Assembly: GCA_950097015.1 (NCBI GenBank) | Contig: CATNEN010000038.1 | Span: 9,424,001-9,488,000 of the forward strand | Direction: 5' to 3' | Source of the DNA: Macrostomum hystrix | Taxonomy: Eukaryota > Animalia > Platyhelminthes | DNA length: 64,000 bases | Shown here: positions 36,161 to 50,034 of the stretch, one piece after another | Numbering within the stretch: position 1 is the first letter of the stretch | Layout: each line of letters opens with the position of its first letter | Translations under genes and position numbers: made by a program | Notes under the pieces: model-generated | What the model saw: only the letters and a program-made list of their open reading frames with translations | The model's database searches: none | What the model was told of the DNA's origin: nothing

Positions 36161-37651
36161 GATAGGGATTGGCAAGCACGGAAGCACTCTCCATATCGCC
36201 GACAATCATCGGTGGGACGCCGTCGAACAGACATTAGGTGTGGCACGATAGAACTATCGTTGTGCCATAGTGCAGAAGTGCTTGCTGGTCGCCTCGGTTT
36301 TATGTTAGGGATTTTGGTTAGGTTTCGCGTTATTTGTCTTGTTTGTTATAGGGACTATCTGTTTGTCTAGGATTTATTTGTGTTGTTTATCGTGTCGTAT
36401 TATCGAGTAGAGTTCGTGTTTTGTGTTGCGGTTATCGAGATTTTGTTAGTGCGAATTGTGAATTAGATTGAATTAAGTACAGTACCTGGCAGGGGACGAA
36501 AAGAGCGCTGCCAGGGGAATTGATCAGTGATCATAGCTTTCTCTTATTTACTAATTAACACTTAAATATCAGCTGTTTAGCTTGGGATTTGAATCGTCTT
36601 GTCTTCGTTATTTTCGAGTTGCGAAAAGGGAATCTCTCACAAAGAGTAGGACACCCGACCTCATTTAGGAATCTCAACGTAAAGAGAGACCTAAGTCAAA
36701 ATATCACAGTAGTGTACTCGTACTATGGGACTTCTTATGTATGTTAAAATAGCCATTAGGTTATAAGTTCCTTTATTAGACATAATAATCGAAATGATCG
36801 CAAATCGCAGAAATTTCTGCGATGTGTATGATAGCGTACAGTATTCTATTGCTGAGATTTCTGACAACACTGTTAGACTTGATAAAAAATGCTTTGAAAA
36901 ATACGCATTTTTTTTCAAAACTGCCATACGGACTGAAGCTGTACTACTGTAGAATTAGTTGTGTCTTTCACGCCACACAGGTTTATTACGAAGTAAAAAA
37001 TGCGGAAAACTTTCTTAAGTCCAGTTTTTCTAAGGGTGACGCAGGTTAAATCTGTGCTAGCTAGCAATGTGGCAATTCATTTTCGCCTTGTCATCTTACT
37101 GTGCGCATATAAATGCCCGGAGAGCGGACTTATAAAAAAGTAGCATTGAAAACGAGTGCTTGACAAGGACAAACATTGTTCAGAAACACGGATCCTACTT
37201 TCTACTCGTAGTTTAACATTCTGCTAATGAATTTTTGCTTCGCAGAATCTCTCGCTGCTGCTGCTATCGTATTTTCATGCTGCTCTCTGCTTCACCCGCT
37301 CACACAGCAGTGGCGCTGTGTCCTACAATTGCCATACGAGCTAAGAGTGTGTTCTCACCAGCTTGCATAGTTCACGTCGGGGTTGATGCTTGTAGAAGCC
37401 TCCCAACTGAACCGCATTCTTCACGAAAGAATAAATTTTAAGCACTGAGTTTAATTGAACGCAGACAATTATAGGCTCAACCGAAAGACCCTTCTACTCG
37501 TAGCTTGCGTCCGCGTCGCGTTTCTGTGGATATAATCCGTCTGCAAACTTTTGCCTCAATCTAGACCGAAATTTAAAACAATCTAAAGACGCTCATCTGC
37601 TTAAAATTAAGGTTACAAAAATAAGAAATTTGAAAACTGAGAAGTAGAGGC

Positions 37652-40600
37652 ATGGCCCTACAAATTGAAATGAGTAAGTTATAATTTAGTGGGTTTTTAG
37701 TTTGATAACTTCAGCATTCAAAGCACCTGCATTGTCACGGATTTCAGATTTCAAGGCTTGCCTTGTTCTGCTGGCATTGATCAATCTGAAACAGGTGGCT
37801 ATGTGCAGAGGTCAAACAGCCTGTAAGTAGTGAAACAAAAATGATATAAATTTAAATTGAAACTCACTTTCAAATGACGTTATTCCTTACCACCCCAGAC
37901 TGCAGCAGCAGCCTTCAGAGGCTCTCAGTGGACGATGGCGGTCAAATCGCCAGCCACAGCGAAATCGGAGTAGCAAACTACTCAAACAATCTGCAGTGCT
38001 ATTGGGAGCTCAGCTCGGCGCCTGGTAGCAGAATCATTGCCTGGTTCTCCTACATTGACCTAGAGGTGCCGAATGACATTGTGACACTGTATGACGGCCT
38101 GGTCACATCGCCTGTTATTGCGGCTGTCAGTCAGTCCGACTCCACTGGCTACATATCGCCAAAGTTTGTATCAACTCAGAATGTCATGACTGTGTACTTC
38201 TACACCAACAACAAAGATGCCAATAAGGGCTTCAGATTGCAGTACAACGCAACGAACACATGTAAGTTAATTTTAAATACAAAACCTACACTCATTTATT
38301 CATCTTTCTTTTCTACTTCAAGTAGTGCACTTCAAGCTTGTAGTGTGAATGATGAAGACGAAGGATCGACATGATTCGACAGTTTTCTCATGTTGCTTCA
38401 TTTCAGATGTAAAATGATCCCAATAGATTTTCTAGCGCACAATTTGTTCCAAAAAAGCAAGTAAAAAGCAAAAAAAAAACTCTAACTTGGTGAGGAAGCA
38501 TTGAGCAAAAAACAGTTTTACAAAGCAGCTAAATTTAATATTATAATTTCTTACCAGTCATTTTGGGGGTCAGTGGCAGAGCGATTAACGCGTTGTCCTC
38601 TCGCACCAAGGTCCCTGAGCTCGATTTCGCGGCGAGGCCACATTTATTTGGGGCGCAGCCGCGGAGAGAAGGCTTGTGGGGCTTGTCGTGCAATTTATGC
38701 CCTTGAGGTCCAACCTCCAAGGCACAGAGAGAGTGTAGAAAGCCAGGGCAGATGTACACACCTGTGTGAGCGTGTGCCTGCGTAAAGTCTGTGTGCATGG
38801 GTGCTCAGGAGTCAGCAAAATGGACAGAACTGACTCCTCGCTGGCTGCGGGCTATTGTAACCAACTGATGTGCCATTGTCTGCAGCCCTGCAGCAATGAT
38901 ATTATTTGCCTGTCATTTCATAGATCGTCTGTTTTAGGTGAGGTATGGGTCAGATTTGAGATGACTCAAGAATCAGATATTTCAGCACAGGGACATTGAT
39001 TCTGTTGGACCAATGCCCCCTCTTATTTGCCTTTGCCTCCTAAGTCCCCACAAGAGCATAATTATCAATGCCTGAATGGTTATACGTCGATTGGATTAAA
39101 CGACTCTATTTTTCAGCAAGCTCTGGCTATTGCATGCCGATCAGTTTTGACAGCATCTCGAACTCATCCGGTTCAATTGTGAGCCACTTAGGCTACGACC
39201 AAAGCACACTTTACGCTTCAAACATGTCTTGCCGTTGGACACTGCCGGCCGTGTCGGGACAGTTCGTTCAACTCACAGTTGGCAACTTCTCCATCGCCAC
39301 AGTGGACTGCCTGACCATCACACGAGGCAGAACTGGTGGCAGCAATAATCTGAATCTGTGCGGATGGAAAGCCGACACGCAGCTGGTCCTTCAAATGGAT
39401 GGCAACATTCAGATTACGTTCACGTCAAACGGAGCATTGGTATCCAGTGGTTTCATAATCAAGTTTGAGTATAAGGACTGTGAGTTTTTGAGTTTGCTTT
39501 TGTTTTTTACAACAAATTTGCTTTAATCACAGTGGTTTATCTGTATCAGCGTAGTTAAGAAAAGTCATTTATTAGTTTCGGACGCCTAAGACTCCTAAAG
39601 GGCAATGAGGACATGCGCAAGTACGTTATTCGTATTGAAATTCGTTAAAACCACAGATACCAGTGGTTTCAGCAGCCCTAAAAAAGCTACTAAAACCACA
39701 AAATTATATTTATATATACATAACTTAATTTGATATGTACGAGTGTGTAAAACGCAACCTGTACTTACAAACCGAATATCAGTAAAAGAAAAAGCTAAAA
39801 CTATTCCCTATCGTCTCCATTCCAGACTGTCAAGAAAATCAAAACTTCACGTCGAGCCCTGGCGAAATTGTGAGCCACACGGGTTTGCAGTTCTCCCTAA
39901 GCTACTGGCTTGGCATGCGCTGTTCCTGGTACATTGTGGCACCGCCTGGTCAGCAAATCTGGATGTGGTTCACATACTTCAGTCTAAGTTACCCTTACCC
40001 ATACGACACCGTCTACATCGACGATGCTGGTGGTCCAACTCTGGCTAACATTCCGGGACACAGTTCACCGTCAACAGCAGGCTATCAGTCGACCACGAAT
40101 ATTGTGAACGTCAAATTCTTTACATACAACTATGCAAGCCCTGGATTTAGGCTTCAGTACAATTTCACTAAGCTGTGTAAGTGCCACTTCAAATTCGATT
40201 ATTCTATCACTTACTGAATGAGGATTTGATGTACAGTAGCTAGGGTGATCCTTACACACCTATTTTGATTTCTAGACTGCTATGGATTTGAAAACCTAAA
40301 CGCAACTGGCACCACCGACCGAATCGTGAGTCACACACGGGTTTCGAGCATTATCTACCTGAACAACATGGACTGCTACTGGCGGCTGAATGCACCGACG
40401 GGGCAACGAGTTGCTGCCTGGCTGCAGCACACGAGTATTGAAAGCAAAGACAAGCTCACTCTCTATGATGGAGTGAACGGTTCCAATGTGATTACCACAA
40501 TAAATGGGCAATCCTCCGTCATCTTCGTGTCAACGTCGAGTATTATGACAGCTCGATTCAATACTGACAGCTCCGGTGCTGGTACCGGTTTCATTTTAGC

Positions 40601-43600
40601 TTTCAAAGCTGTTCCTAGCTGTGAGCCTTGTTGCGTCTCTTGAATAAGACCTTGATACCAAAAAGTATAGTGGCTACGCTAAACTTAAGTTAGACAAGAT
40701 GTAAGTCTAGTGGTAAAACCACACCCGCTCCTTAATTTGGCATCCATCGCTTCAGTCCATATGTTAGGGCTGAGGACACAGACACCTAATTTTCTAAGCC
40801 ATCTAATGCTGATACCCAGAGGGGGGTAAATAGCAGAGTGGTGGACGCGTTTGCCTCTCGCACCAAGGTCACTGAACTCGATTACGCGGCGAGGCCATAT
40901 TAAATTCAGGCGCAGCCGCGGAGAGAAAGCGTGGTCCAGCCTCCAAGGCATAGTAGAAGTGTACACTGCCTGACAATTAGAAAGTCCGGCAGATGTACAC
41001 ACCTGTGTGAGTGTGTGCCTGCGTACAGTATCTGTGTGCTTGTGTGCTTAGGAGTTAGCGAAATAGGCAGAAGTGTCTCCTCGCGAGCTGCAGGTCTAGT
41101 GTCAGCAATTTGATGTACCAATGCCTGCAGCCAAAGGCAAATGGTAATACGGAAATTAAAGCTACCCTTGTTCATGCTCACCCAGAGACAAAAACTATTT
41201 ACTATAACCTCAGTTTCGAACTCCCAGCCTCTCGGGTAGAATTCCGAAGCACTAACCAATGACCTGCAACATCTCTATGCCTGAGTGAGGATAAGCGTAT
41301 TGGGTTTCAAACAAAGCAACCGTGCAGAAATGGCAGCGAATTTAGCTAACTCCACCTGCCACAAATTTCTAGGAAACCTTTGATTGAGTACAAAATTTAT
41401 CAATAAAATACAAAACTACGTTTCAGCTGCAGGCTGCGGGGTCATCAACTTCACCAGCACATTCAGCGGTGTCATTAACAGTCACATTGGCTACGATCCG
41501 GTCGAAATCTCTGCCTATGCTGCTAACCTAAATTGCCTGTGGAACTTGCCCAGACGACCTGGCTACTATATATATGCGTTCATCAGAACCTTCTACATTA
41601 GCTCTGGAGATTGCCTTAGGCTATCAACCAAGTTCACAGACACGGTGGCGACTCCTGGCAGCGATACGGATGTACAGTATTGCGGCTGGAATGCCGGAGG
41701 TTTGAGCTGGGTCACCACCGGCGATGCCCAGATCACCTTCACCTCTGACAGCCAGTTTGAGTCGACTGGTTTTGTCATCCAGTTCTATTATGAGCAGGGT
41801 AAGCAGAAGAAACTGCATTGAAGGCCCTCGTGTATCCTTAATTGAGTGCCTGAGTCGTGTATTCCTGAGTTCAAACTGAAGTTCTGAAGTTTGCACTGCC
41901 TAAATAATAGCAGCTAAGATCGAGCGTACCTTATGACATCAGTTACAATACTTCTCACTCTTGCGTTTTAGCCTGCCCAAGTGTTCAGCAATGGAACGCT
42001 GACAATGGCGAAGTTCTGAGCCAAACAAACGCTGGCAGAACCCACTACTTGAATTCGCTGGTGTGCAACTGGCAAATCAGCGTGTCGCCTGGCAAGCAGG
42101 TCATCGCCTGGTTCACCCATAGTAGCATGCATTGGAGTGATCCAGTCACGCTCTTCGATGGACTGACCGGCGCAACCACTTTAGTAAGCACACATGGCCC
42201 TCCATTGAACTCTGGCTATCGGTCATCATCCAACTTCATGAGGGTTAGATTCACAGCCGACACTGGCGCATTCACGCATTACACTGGCTTTCGACTGCGG
42301 TACAGCATCACCGAGAACTGTGAGTAACTGAGAGAGTCAACATCGAACAATAAGTGCCCTGCGTACAGTTAATATTTATTTTCTTGCTTTTGATTGGGTT
42401 TCAGTCTGTTCTGGCAGGCGCACGCTAACTGGTGACAGCGGCGAGATCTCCAGTCACAACAACGCGTCCAGTCCCAGCTATCTGACCCACATGAGCTGCT
42501 ACTGGCTCATTGTGGCGCCACCTGAAAATAATGTGATTGTTCAGTTTACTGATTTTAATATATCAGTGTATGACAATATCTACATTGACGATGGCATAAC
42601 TGGTTCGAGAATCGCAACCGTAAGCGGTAGCAACTCATTGGTAACAGCCAGTTCCTGGTCGCTTGTGTCAGCCACCAATAACATGCTTGTGTCCTTTGTA
42701 TCTCAGTCTGGCCAAATATCTGCAGGCTTCAGAATAACTTACACGACTACGCAAAGGTGTAAGTTTTAAACCTACAGTATTAGGGTCATCCCATTGTGAA
42801 AAATTTTCATTGTCAAAAAACTGTATGCTTTTCAATTTTATCACAAAATAACATGCATTGGAGTGCCGCATTATTCACCGCATTATATAGTGTGTAATAC
42901 GCACTTTAAGTACGTAAAATATATTGAGCGGGATTGAATCAAAGCGTCAGATTTCGAGTAGGTTCCTCTGGCTAATTTTATGCTGGTGATAGCCAGCAGC
43001 TAGCAGACAGTAGCCGGCAAGCTGGTAGTGGCAAGCTAGCAAGCTGGTAACTGGTAGCTGGCAGGCCTGTAGCTTGGAAGCTGGAAGCTGGTTCAGTTTG
43101 ATGGCCATACTACATGGCCAAACTAACTTTTTCCAGCATTAGTTTCTGCATGGAGTATAATTTTCGTGCTCTCAAAACGCGTTTTCAGTTTGTCGAAACA
43201 TGCAGCTTCTGTCCAGCGAAGCTGGAGAGATATGGAGTCACTCGTCCGCTGGCGCCAGCAGATTCGCAATCACTTCCACGTGCTATTGGGTAATCAGCGT
43301 ACCTCCATCGAAGCGAGTGCTGGCCCGCTTCAGCCTGTTCAACTTGACCTCCTCATCAGAATCAGTTTTCTTGTATGATGGTTTTGTGGGCTCGTCGGTT
43401 CTATCTGAATTGTACAATACTTTCTCCGATACTTCGCGGACATTTTTAACCTCAGAAAATTCCATGACGATAAAACTGACCATATACAGTGGCCGCTCTC
43501 TTGGCTTTAAATTGAGTTATATCGCTACAGACAGTTGTAAGTTTACTTGGTCTTTTGCCAACAAAAAGTTTCTTTTCTTAAAAAATCTATGACAGGAAAA

Positions 43601-45059
43601 ATAACCTAAAATTTTAGTGTGCGAAAAGTACAAGCTGATCAGTGGAGGCAGCGGTGAGATCAGCAGCCATTCCGGCGTCGGATCCTCACCCTACCCGAAT
43701 GGCCTGCGGTGCACGTGGCAAATCATTGGCCCATCTGGAGCTCAGGTTTCTGCCAATTTGGCTTACTTCAACTTGCTGACCTCCGCTGACTTGATCACAC
43801 TTCAAGAGGGAGCGGACAATACGGCCATTGTCACCGTTCGGGGCGGCGTCTCCAGTTGGCCGACGAGGTTTCTGACTCTGTCCAACATTCTCACCATCAC
43901 GTTCGTTTCCGGGAATGGAGGGAGCGGACTCGGCTTCCGGATTCAGTACAGCACTGGAGAAATCCGTGAGCTAGTTTTCGCCATTTTCAATTTCATTAGT
44001 GAGTACTCAAAGACTCCATCGTTATTGCAGTACCCGCCGAGACGAGCAGTACAACTCGTCAGACGAATTCGCCTCCTGCAATTTCAACAAGCTCAGTGGA
44101 TCTCCGAGCCTCTTCAGCAGCGGCAAGCCCCTTCACGACAACTGCAAGTCAGCCGCTGCAGCCAGGTGGGCCAGATCGTTAATTAGTTCAATATACGAGG
44201 GGTGCCCACATAGTAATGTTACTTTTGCTGTTTGGGGACATTTTGTCGACGCAAGTCTGGTGTCGTTCGAAAGCGGCAAGACTCATTTTAAAATTAGTTA
44301 AAACTGATTGGGATGCATATGAAGGAGACGTGTGCATCTAAGTCGAGGGAGATCAGCCATGCTTATTCAGAAGCTCGAATGTCTGCTAAAAACACCCGCC
44401 GGTTTAATAAGATATAATTTTCGTTTAAACTTTCAACTATAATGGTTTTCTCATCTTGAAAGTGACTGTTGCATTTTAGAAGCCCAGACAACGATGCCAA
44501 CCTATGTTTTGGTCTTGGCCATCGCAATTCCAGCTGTCCTACTGGTTGTCGGTGCTATTGTGATTGCTGTTATTTTGCACAAGGTAACTAACTGCCTTCG
44601 AGTTAGAAAAACAGCAGTAAAGATAAATGTACAACATGAATGTCAGTCTGATTTCGAATGAATCTTTTTAGCGATCTCTGCAGCAGCCGCAAATCCCAAC
44701 TGGTCGAGTGAACTCGTACAAGGATGTGAGGAAAATTAGAAATAAAAATAGATTCGGAAGCTAAATGTTATTCGATCTATATTTTCATTGTACAATATTT
44801 GCAGGGCACTCTCGGTACACTACCTGATGATTCCACAGATCCGGTAAAATAGCGCTTTGTGTTTTAAGTTGTTATAACTTGCTCGTATCATGTACTGAAT
44901 GTACTGATCATGTACTGATTTCCATCTAATCATGTACTGAAACCCTCTCATCAGGACGGATACTTGAAGGCAGATACCTCACCGAGCAAGGCTGAAGAGG
45001 AATACGACTACATCGGCATGGAAGGCCAGGGTGCAGATGCTAAAGCGCGACATGGGTGA
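37652..45059 (+). CDS. Type I membrane protein with 9 tandem CUB domains, S/T-rich stalk, TM and Tyr-motif tail (~1240 aa)
   Basis: Exons 37652-37673, 37748-37822; CUB exons 37899-38261, 39117-39479, 39826-40176, 40276-40620, 41427-41798, 41972-42319, 42405-42758, 43189-43536, 43618-43965; stalk 44031-44165; TM 44480-44583; tail 44672-44725, 44805-44843, 44955-45059. Each CUB exon is phase 1-1 with C..G.I.SH..Y..N..C.W..F.....GF...Y; frame closes. Confidence 0.88.
38564..38905 (+). mobile_element. SINE family B copy (intron before CUB2)
   Basis: Head-body-tail match to family B. Confidence 0.85.
40820..41135 (+). mobile_element. SINE family B copy (intron before CUB5)
   Basis: Match to family B with a short internal deletion. 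Confidence 0.83.
44194..44345 (+). mobile_element. Possible mariner terminal fragment
   Basis: Begins TACGAGGGGTG, a typical mariner TIR start; partner TIR not found. Confidence 0.4.
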
Positions 45060-45261
45060 ATATCAGTGAAGAATCTAAACTCGGTCTACTGCTTTCCTTA
45101 TCCTAGTGAATTCAAAGCGCGATTGCTATCCTAAACGTATATACTAAAACGGCCCTTCTAAGGCCTCTTTGTTACATCAGCAGCAGCAACAGACGTGTAA
45201 ATTCTAGCAAATTTTATAAAAGTTATTTTTACGTCACTTCTGCTAAAAGCTTACTGTTTTA

Positions 45262-45535
45262 TGGGTGATCGTGGCCCGGTGGTTAGAGCAACGTCTTAAC
45301 GACTTGAAGGTTGGGGTTCGATTCCCAACTCCACTGGAACAGTTTGTGTCCTTTAGCAAGACCCTTAATTCTGCGTTGCTTCATTTCACCTAAGTGTTGA
45401 ATGGATACTGCAGCATTAGCTCGAGTAATTGTGGGTGAGTGTGGCGTCCCCCCAGTCTATGTACTGAACAGCCGTACGCAGCGTTCAGATGGGCTGCTTA
45501 TCTGACCCGATTGTGGCAGGTGCATCAATTATAAC
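45262..45535 (+). mobile_element. SINE family A copy
   Basis: tggcccggtggttaga A box, ggttcgattccc B box, CORE-like body. Confidence 0.85.
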
Positions 45536-46140
45536 TAGTTTTTTTATTTTCTATATGTCGCACTGCTTACTTAATCGTCTTTCTGATACAATCAAGTTAC
45601 CCTGCTCTATAATTTTTATCCAGCTTTTTTCCAACGATAGACATGTTTTATATCTGCTATATAAAAATAAATGACAAAAATAGAAGAAAAAACTTTATTC
45701 AAATTGTCGCTCTTTTACCAAGTGATCAAAACATGAAGTATTTTGAGAACACATGATTCAACAGCATAATGAACGTTTTTTTGAGTCCACGACAGGCTGA
45801 GCAGCTCAGAATAGTCCACCGACAGTGGATCCCATACCCTGGGTTGCTTGGCAACGCCCCTCTCGCATGCACTCTTACCGATCCCGCACAGTGCGTGCGG
45901 TTTTGTCTGGCCTGTGCAGCCCATCCCATTGTGCGCAGCCTAGCTGCAGAAAAGCAGACAGGAGTCTTGTCTCAATTGAGTCCGAAAACCTCTTTTCAGC
46001 GTCACTAAATGCGTACTCAACTGTACTCATCTAAATGTCTTTAGACTAGACTGGAACTAAAAAGACAGACTATAAGCGACAAGACTGCAGGGCTGGCAAT
46101 TCAGATACAAATCTAGATGCCTAGCATTTTGAGGTGCATC

Positions 46141-47133
46141 ATGCAGATGTCAGCAATAATTGTCCAAATGCTGCTTTGGTTGCTGCTAGTTGCAATAGGT
46201 GAGTGAAATTTTCGAATTTTTGTTGCTGTTGAGCCTTACGTCTGTTTATTCATTACAACACTCGCAGGGTCTCACGGACTCACTAGAGTGAAGCGGAGCA
46301 TATGCGACTCAAACCTGTGTCAGAATGGTGGCATCTGCAACAAAATCACAGCCAGCCCGACCTGCATCTGCCCGCTGCCCTACATTGCTCCGTACTGCAG
46401 AGTGGCCGCAGACTACTGCAATGCCCTTCAGCCGGACAAGGGCATCAACGAGCTGCCGGTGTGTCTGAATGGCGGACTGTGCCGGTCGACTTACCAGGAG
46501 CCGTACTTCAACTGCTCCTGCGCCCCTCAATTTTCTGGTGCGAATAATGTCCCCGTTCACTTGGCCCAATAAGTTTTAGCAGATCCGAATTCGTTCGCTC
46601 TCCCCAAATACTTGGTGTCAGTTTAGTTGGCCAAAATATAGCTTTGCAAAGCGCAATTGGCCGACATTCGCTGCCCAATTACAGGCAGTCGATGTGAGTT
46701 CGCGCCGACAGCTGCTGCCCCTGGCCAAGTGACATCGAGCTTGAGTCGTGACGAAGGGATCTTCACGACCACCCAGTTCTCACGTGAGGAACTCACTGCC
46801 CATGTTGGCAGCTTGTATTTGCACATCCTGTAAGGGCAGGAAGAGTACTTGATTGAGTTTTATTTTCTAGATCCAGGAAGCACCAGTGACAATGATGTGC
46901 TCAGCAGCTTCTCGGTCAAAATCCTGGCCATTGGAATTCCGTCCGTTTTAGTGGCTGTCGCAGTCATAGTTACCGCGATCTGCCTTTGCATTCGATGCCG
47001 CAACTGCCAAATGGTAAGGAAGTCAAATTATTTTGAACCTTAAAACATTTTAGGTCAGTAGTTGTACGAGTCTATTGACGCTCAACTTTGAACTTCATCA
47101 CAGGGCTCTGCAGGACAGACAAGATACGTCTAA
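46141..47133 (+). CDS. Small type I membrane protein with furin site and two EGF domains, paralog A (exons 46141-46198, 46268-46537, 46685-46783, 46871-47013, 47104-47133; 199 aa)
   Basis: Signal peptide, RVKR, two 6-Cys EGF modules, S/T stalk, TM ILAIGIPSVLVAVAVIVTAICLCI, short tail ending TRYV; frame closes. Confidence 0.85.
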
Positions 47134-47389
47134 GAAATGAACGTTCAGTTATTTGACCGTGATTGCTTCTGCTACACTGCACAATGTTATTAACATGATT
47201 TTGCTAAGTTTTCTGTACTGTCAATTTGTTTTCGCATTTCATATGTGTGAAGTTGTTTTATTATTGATAAATTAGACTTTACTGCACTCTGTTATTATTG
47301 TCAATCAAGAGGCTCATACTTGTGATTCAAAAACATAAACTCGAGCGTAATCTGAGAAAAACTTACTCTCAGAAATCATACTTAACACT

Positions 47390-47989
47390 GATGCTCAAAG
47401 CACAGTGTATTGGATGACTGAGACTCTGGAATGGATGCTCAAAGCACAGTGTATTGGGTGACTGAGACTCTGGAATGGATGCTCAAAGCACAGTGTATTG
47501 GGTAACTGAGACTCTGGAATGGATGCTCAAAGCACAGTGTATTGGGTGACTGAGACTCTGGAATGGATGCTCAAAGCACAGTGTATTGGGTGACTGAGAC
47601 TCTGGAATGGATGCTCAAAGCACAGTGTATTGAGTGACTGAGACTCTGGAATGGATGCTCAAAGCACAGTGTATTGGGTGACTGAGACTCTGGAATGGAT
47701 GCTCAAAGCACAGTGTATTGGGTGACTGAGACTCTGGAATGGATGCTCAAAGCACAGTGTATTGAGTGACTGAGACTCTGGAATGGATGCTCAAAGCACA
47801 GTGTATTGGGTGACTGAGACTCTGGAATGGATGCTCAAAGCACAGTGTATTGGGTGACTGAGACTCTGGAATGGATGCTCAAAGCACAGTGTATTGGGTG
47901 ACTGAGGCTCTGGAATGGATGCTCAAAGCACAGTGTATTGGGTGACTGAGGCTCTGGAATGGATGCTCAAAGCACAGTGTATTGGGTGA
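47390..47989. repeat. 44-bp minisatellite (gatgctcaaagcacagtgtattgggtgactgagactctggaatg)
   Basis: About 13.5 near-identical tandem copies with no spacers. Confidence 0.96.
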
Positions 47990-48204
47990 TGCAGGTGATT
48001 GAAATTGACACCTGCCAGCCGATAACTTTTGACAATGTGCTTTGCTTTTGTTTACTACAAATATATTTAAAACGACTAGCAGTCATTTATATAAGCGGTC
48101 TTTTTAAACGATTGCATGGTTCATGCACATGCGTATATTGTTCTAATGCACTTAGAAATGGTGTTTGCTTTATACCTGACACACACCACTAAGTGACGGT
48201 CGGA

Positions 48205-48470
48205 TGAGGAGTTACGGTTGCTCCCACAGAGGGTGTCGGACTCACGACTTGAGAGTCAGGGGTTCGATTCCCGACTCCCGAAAAATTTTTTCCGTCTTTT
48301 AGCAAGACAATTAAAAATGCATTGCATCATTTCCCCAAGCTGGTAAATGGGTAGCAGGATCAGCTGGAGAAATTTAGTCCATGGACTGAACAGCTGTACG
48401 CAGCCTTCACTTGCTATGCGCAACAGCTGCGGCTGTGCTGTCGACTGCACATCTGGCCCGATTGATTCTT
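48205..48470 (+). mobile_element. SINE family A copy
   Basis: ggactcacgacttga..ggggttcgattccc head and ccatggactgaacagc body. Confidence 0.8.
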
Positions 48471-50034
48471 ATAACATTTTCGATCTATTCACCTGTCGGA
48501 AATATCTATCTACTGTTATTAGGTTCATAGGTCGCATGTGCAACATGCTTCGCTTTTCAATTACGCATGCAAAGTTCTTGGCGCCGAGTCTAATAAAATC
48601 AGTATCTGTTTTGTGTGTTTAGTTTTGCAACAAGACTATATAAGGGTCTCTTAATCGGCGTCGAATTGCTACCATATTTAATATTATGATCGATTTATCT
48701 GCCACATGTCATTATAAAGCTAAGACAAACATTCACGTTCTGTCATGTCGCTTTGCTGTTAGAGCATCTAATCTAATGGAAAATGTACCATAGGACTGTC
48801 TCATATAGCCTATTAACAATTAACTAACTTTCAAAGCCATCCGAGTTAGCAACGTCGAGATATTCAGCGATTTTGTCGAAGACCCTGGTGACAAAGAGAA
48901 CTAACGTTGCTCTTCTGAATAAACCTCTTTGGCGAGTCCAAATTGGTTCACAAACAATATAATCAATCAATATAAATCAAATATAATCAATTTTGGTCGT
49001 CTTGAGAAGGTGATTGCCTGGCATGCAGAGCCGCTTGTTGGAACCATTTGAGCAGCACATGGCAGCAAGTGGGCCAGGTGATTGATTCGAGGAAGTCTGA
49101 CGATCTTGAACTCTGTTAGAAAAAGCCACCGATTCTTTAAATTAAGTTACGCTTTTGTTGCTCAATACCCGCGGTACGTTTCTCTTGTTCGCATCGCATT
49201 TTAGAACAAATTCGTTTTTACGTTACTAAATGGAACACGAGCTTGAAATTTCGCGAATTACTTCGTCTACCCTTAATTATGCCATTATCACCTTTTCAGG
49301 TAAAAATAGACCAACCTGTTGCATTGGCCACTTTGCTGAAAAACGATCGCTACGACAATTTGTTGCATTGAGTTGCGATGTGAAAATTCATGGATTTGGG
49401 ACCAACACGTGCATATTTATCTGTCCTTCTCTGCAACGTAAATGCAAGTGTCCGGATACTTTTTGCGCACCCGCACCCGGAGGTGGTTTTGGCCTCCTGA
49501 CAACCCGATTAAAATCGTTGAATATCTCGACGATGCCGATGTTTAGTGATTCTGGAAGTTGTTTCATCGGATATAGCGGAAAATTTTAGTCCGTGTTCTG
49601 CATTTTCTTGGCGACTAATTGGATATTTTAGGATATACAGAAGAAAAGAAAACATGTAGGTATTTGAGTTGCCCCTGTGGTCTTTCTACTGTTCTAAGGG
49701 ACAGTAGTCTTCAGCGTATTGAGTATACATCGGCGAAGAACTATTGATTTGAGCTCGCTGCAGACACGTCTTGACATACTATTTTAGTATTTTCTATTTA
49801 CTATTATTTATAGGGCACTGAATTCATTATTCCTATATGGAAATGAATAATTTAGAATGTCCATCCTGGACCAGTTTTGCTTAAAACGCATGCACTGGCG
49901 GGGTGTGCTGCGGAACTCTTGGATTAAATCTGTTAATTATGCAGGTGCAAGTATAAAACCTTTGCTTCATATAGGTAGCCTTCACAGTAAGTCCAATCGA
50001 AAAAGTTCTGACTGCCATTCAGGGCTTGAGCAGA

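Noticed and set aside
45262-45335. tRNA gene
   Set aside because: A/B boxes are the head of a multi-copy SINE; no complete cloverleaf or terminator.
47390-47989. CRISPR-like regular array
   Set aside because: Units are contiguous and near-identical with no unique spacers; eukaryotic context and no cas genes. The same applies to the 16.5-kb palindromic array.
48700-49600. Possible coding or transposon relic between the EGF paralogs
   Set aside because: No recognisable motif, termini or splice structure could be supported by eye.
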